The notes below the pieces were generated by a model. That model saw nothing but the letters and a program-made list of their open reading frames with translations. It was not told where the DNA came from and searched no databases. DNA of 64,000 nt. Origin: Phallusia mammillata. Lineage: Eukaryota. Shown here piece after piece: positions 63,120-64,000 of the stretch (its first letter is position 1; each line of letters starts with the position of its first letter). Made by a program: the position numbers and the translations under genes. The DNA is taken from assembly GCA_965637545.1 (NCBI GenBank), contig OZ281495.1, positions 23,622,001-23,686,000 on the forward strand. The letters run 5' to 3'.

Positions 63120-63600
63120 CAGGGGTCGCCAACCCGCGGCTCTTTCATCCCTCTGATGCGGCGCAGTTTTTGAAATTAACAAATGTTTGATTGCACATTC
63201 TATGACGATTAAGTCGAGCACAAAAGACGAAATTCCAGTGCAATTGCAGCGCGTTTCTCATTACTCCACCAACTGTGCTTAGTGCAATTGTGTTACTACG
63301 ATTTTTTCACCGAGCGAAATAAACTCAACTCAATAAAATGACCGAACCTGTTCTTGTAGTTAGCTACAACCGCGTCTATGCCATAAAACGTAAAGAGGTA
63401 AACTGGCGGCGCGCAGGTTAACGCACAACGTTACTGTTTCGTTTTGCGCCGTGTGTGCGCACGTAAAGGGCTCTGCACACCAGACGCGGTTGACGGTTGC
63501 GGCTAGCGATGTCAGCGCCGGCGGTAGTTGGCGGATTTTCCGCGTAACGTTTGGCGCGACGTTGGCCCTTCACACCGGCAGTGCGGTTGGCGTCAACGAC
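63120..63600. mobile_element. Decayed hAT MITE
   Basis: Left end CAGGGGTCGCCAACCCGCGGCTC; a possible eroded right end near 63570-63600 (TTGGCCC...GGTTGGCG). No TSD. Confidence 0.45.
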
Positions 63601-64000
63601 TTTTGTTGCTAAGAAAACTGGGTCAACGTGCTCGACATATTGAGTGTTTCTACGTCTTAAGAAAGTTGCTACAAAATTCCGTTTAGTTTATTTTGTGACA
63701 AAATATAATGTTGATCGTCATCCCACTTTGTACTGTTTCCAAAATCAATTGCAACAGCAATATTGGATTTAGTTTACTTCTGTCATTGCTGTTGAAACAC
63801 ACTTTCCTGTTTTACAGACACTTTATGTTTCAAAGTTGGCAATATAGAAGCAATACCTTAAATGAACACAATTTAGAAAACACAAGATTGCAGAAATGCA
63901 AAGAAAACAATCATATAACAACACACACAAAATCTTAAATGTAAGAAGATGCATGTACATAAACTTGCACATTGTTGCACAATCACAATGATGCTAGATG

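Noticed and set aside
63708-63938. 76-aa plus-strand ORF at the window end
   Set aside because: AT-rich, UTR-like composition with no motif.

Overview
Eukaryotic (animal) genomic DNA, AT-rich, with short GT-AG introns and many non-autonomous hAT MITEs. The chordate-like genes and operon-like gene packing suggest an ascidian tunicate (inference). Genes in order: SLC22 transporter (-, 347-5232); a TE-rich intergenic block; a 3-exon FAR1/ZSWIM3-N-like Zn DNA-binding-domain unit (+) just upstream of an intronless KAT8/MOF and spliceable to it in frame; BLOC1S3 (+); SLC39A9/ZIP9 (-); a 13-exon FRMD6/Expanded-like gene (+); two tandem DGLUCY paralogs (-), the second with a degenerate C-terminal domain; FRMD8 (+); a C16orf89-like gene, EFCAB11 and an intronless SMC6 (all -, operon-like). 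The best lead is a possible transposase-derived DNA-binding domain fused to, or co-transcribed with, MOF. Other leads are the half-degenerate DGLUCY duplicate, a MITE that supplies the EFCAB11 stop codon, and an Expanded-like PPxY motif in FRMD6. All family calls come from remembered motifs and hand translation; no database search was run. No CRISPR array, rRNA or intact tRNA gene was found.
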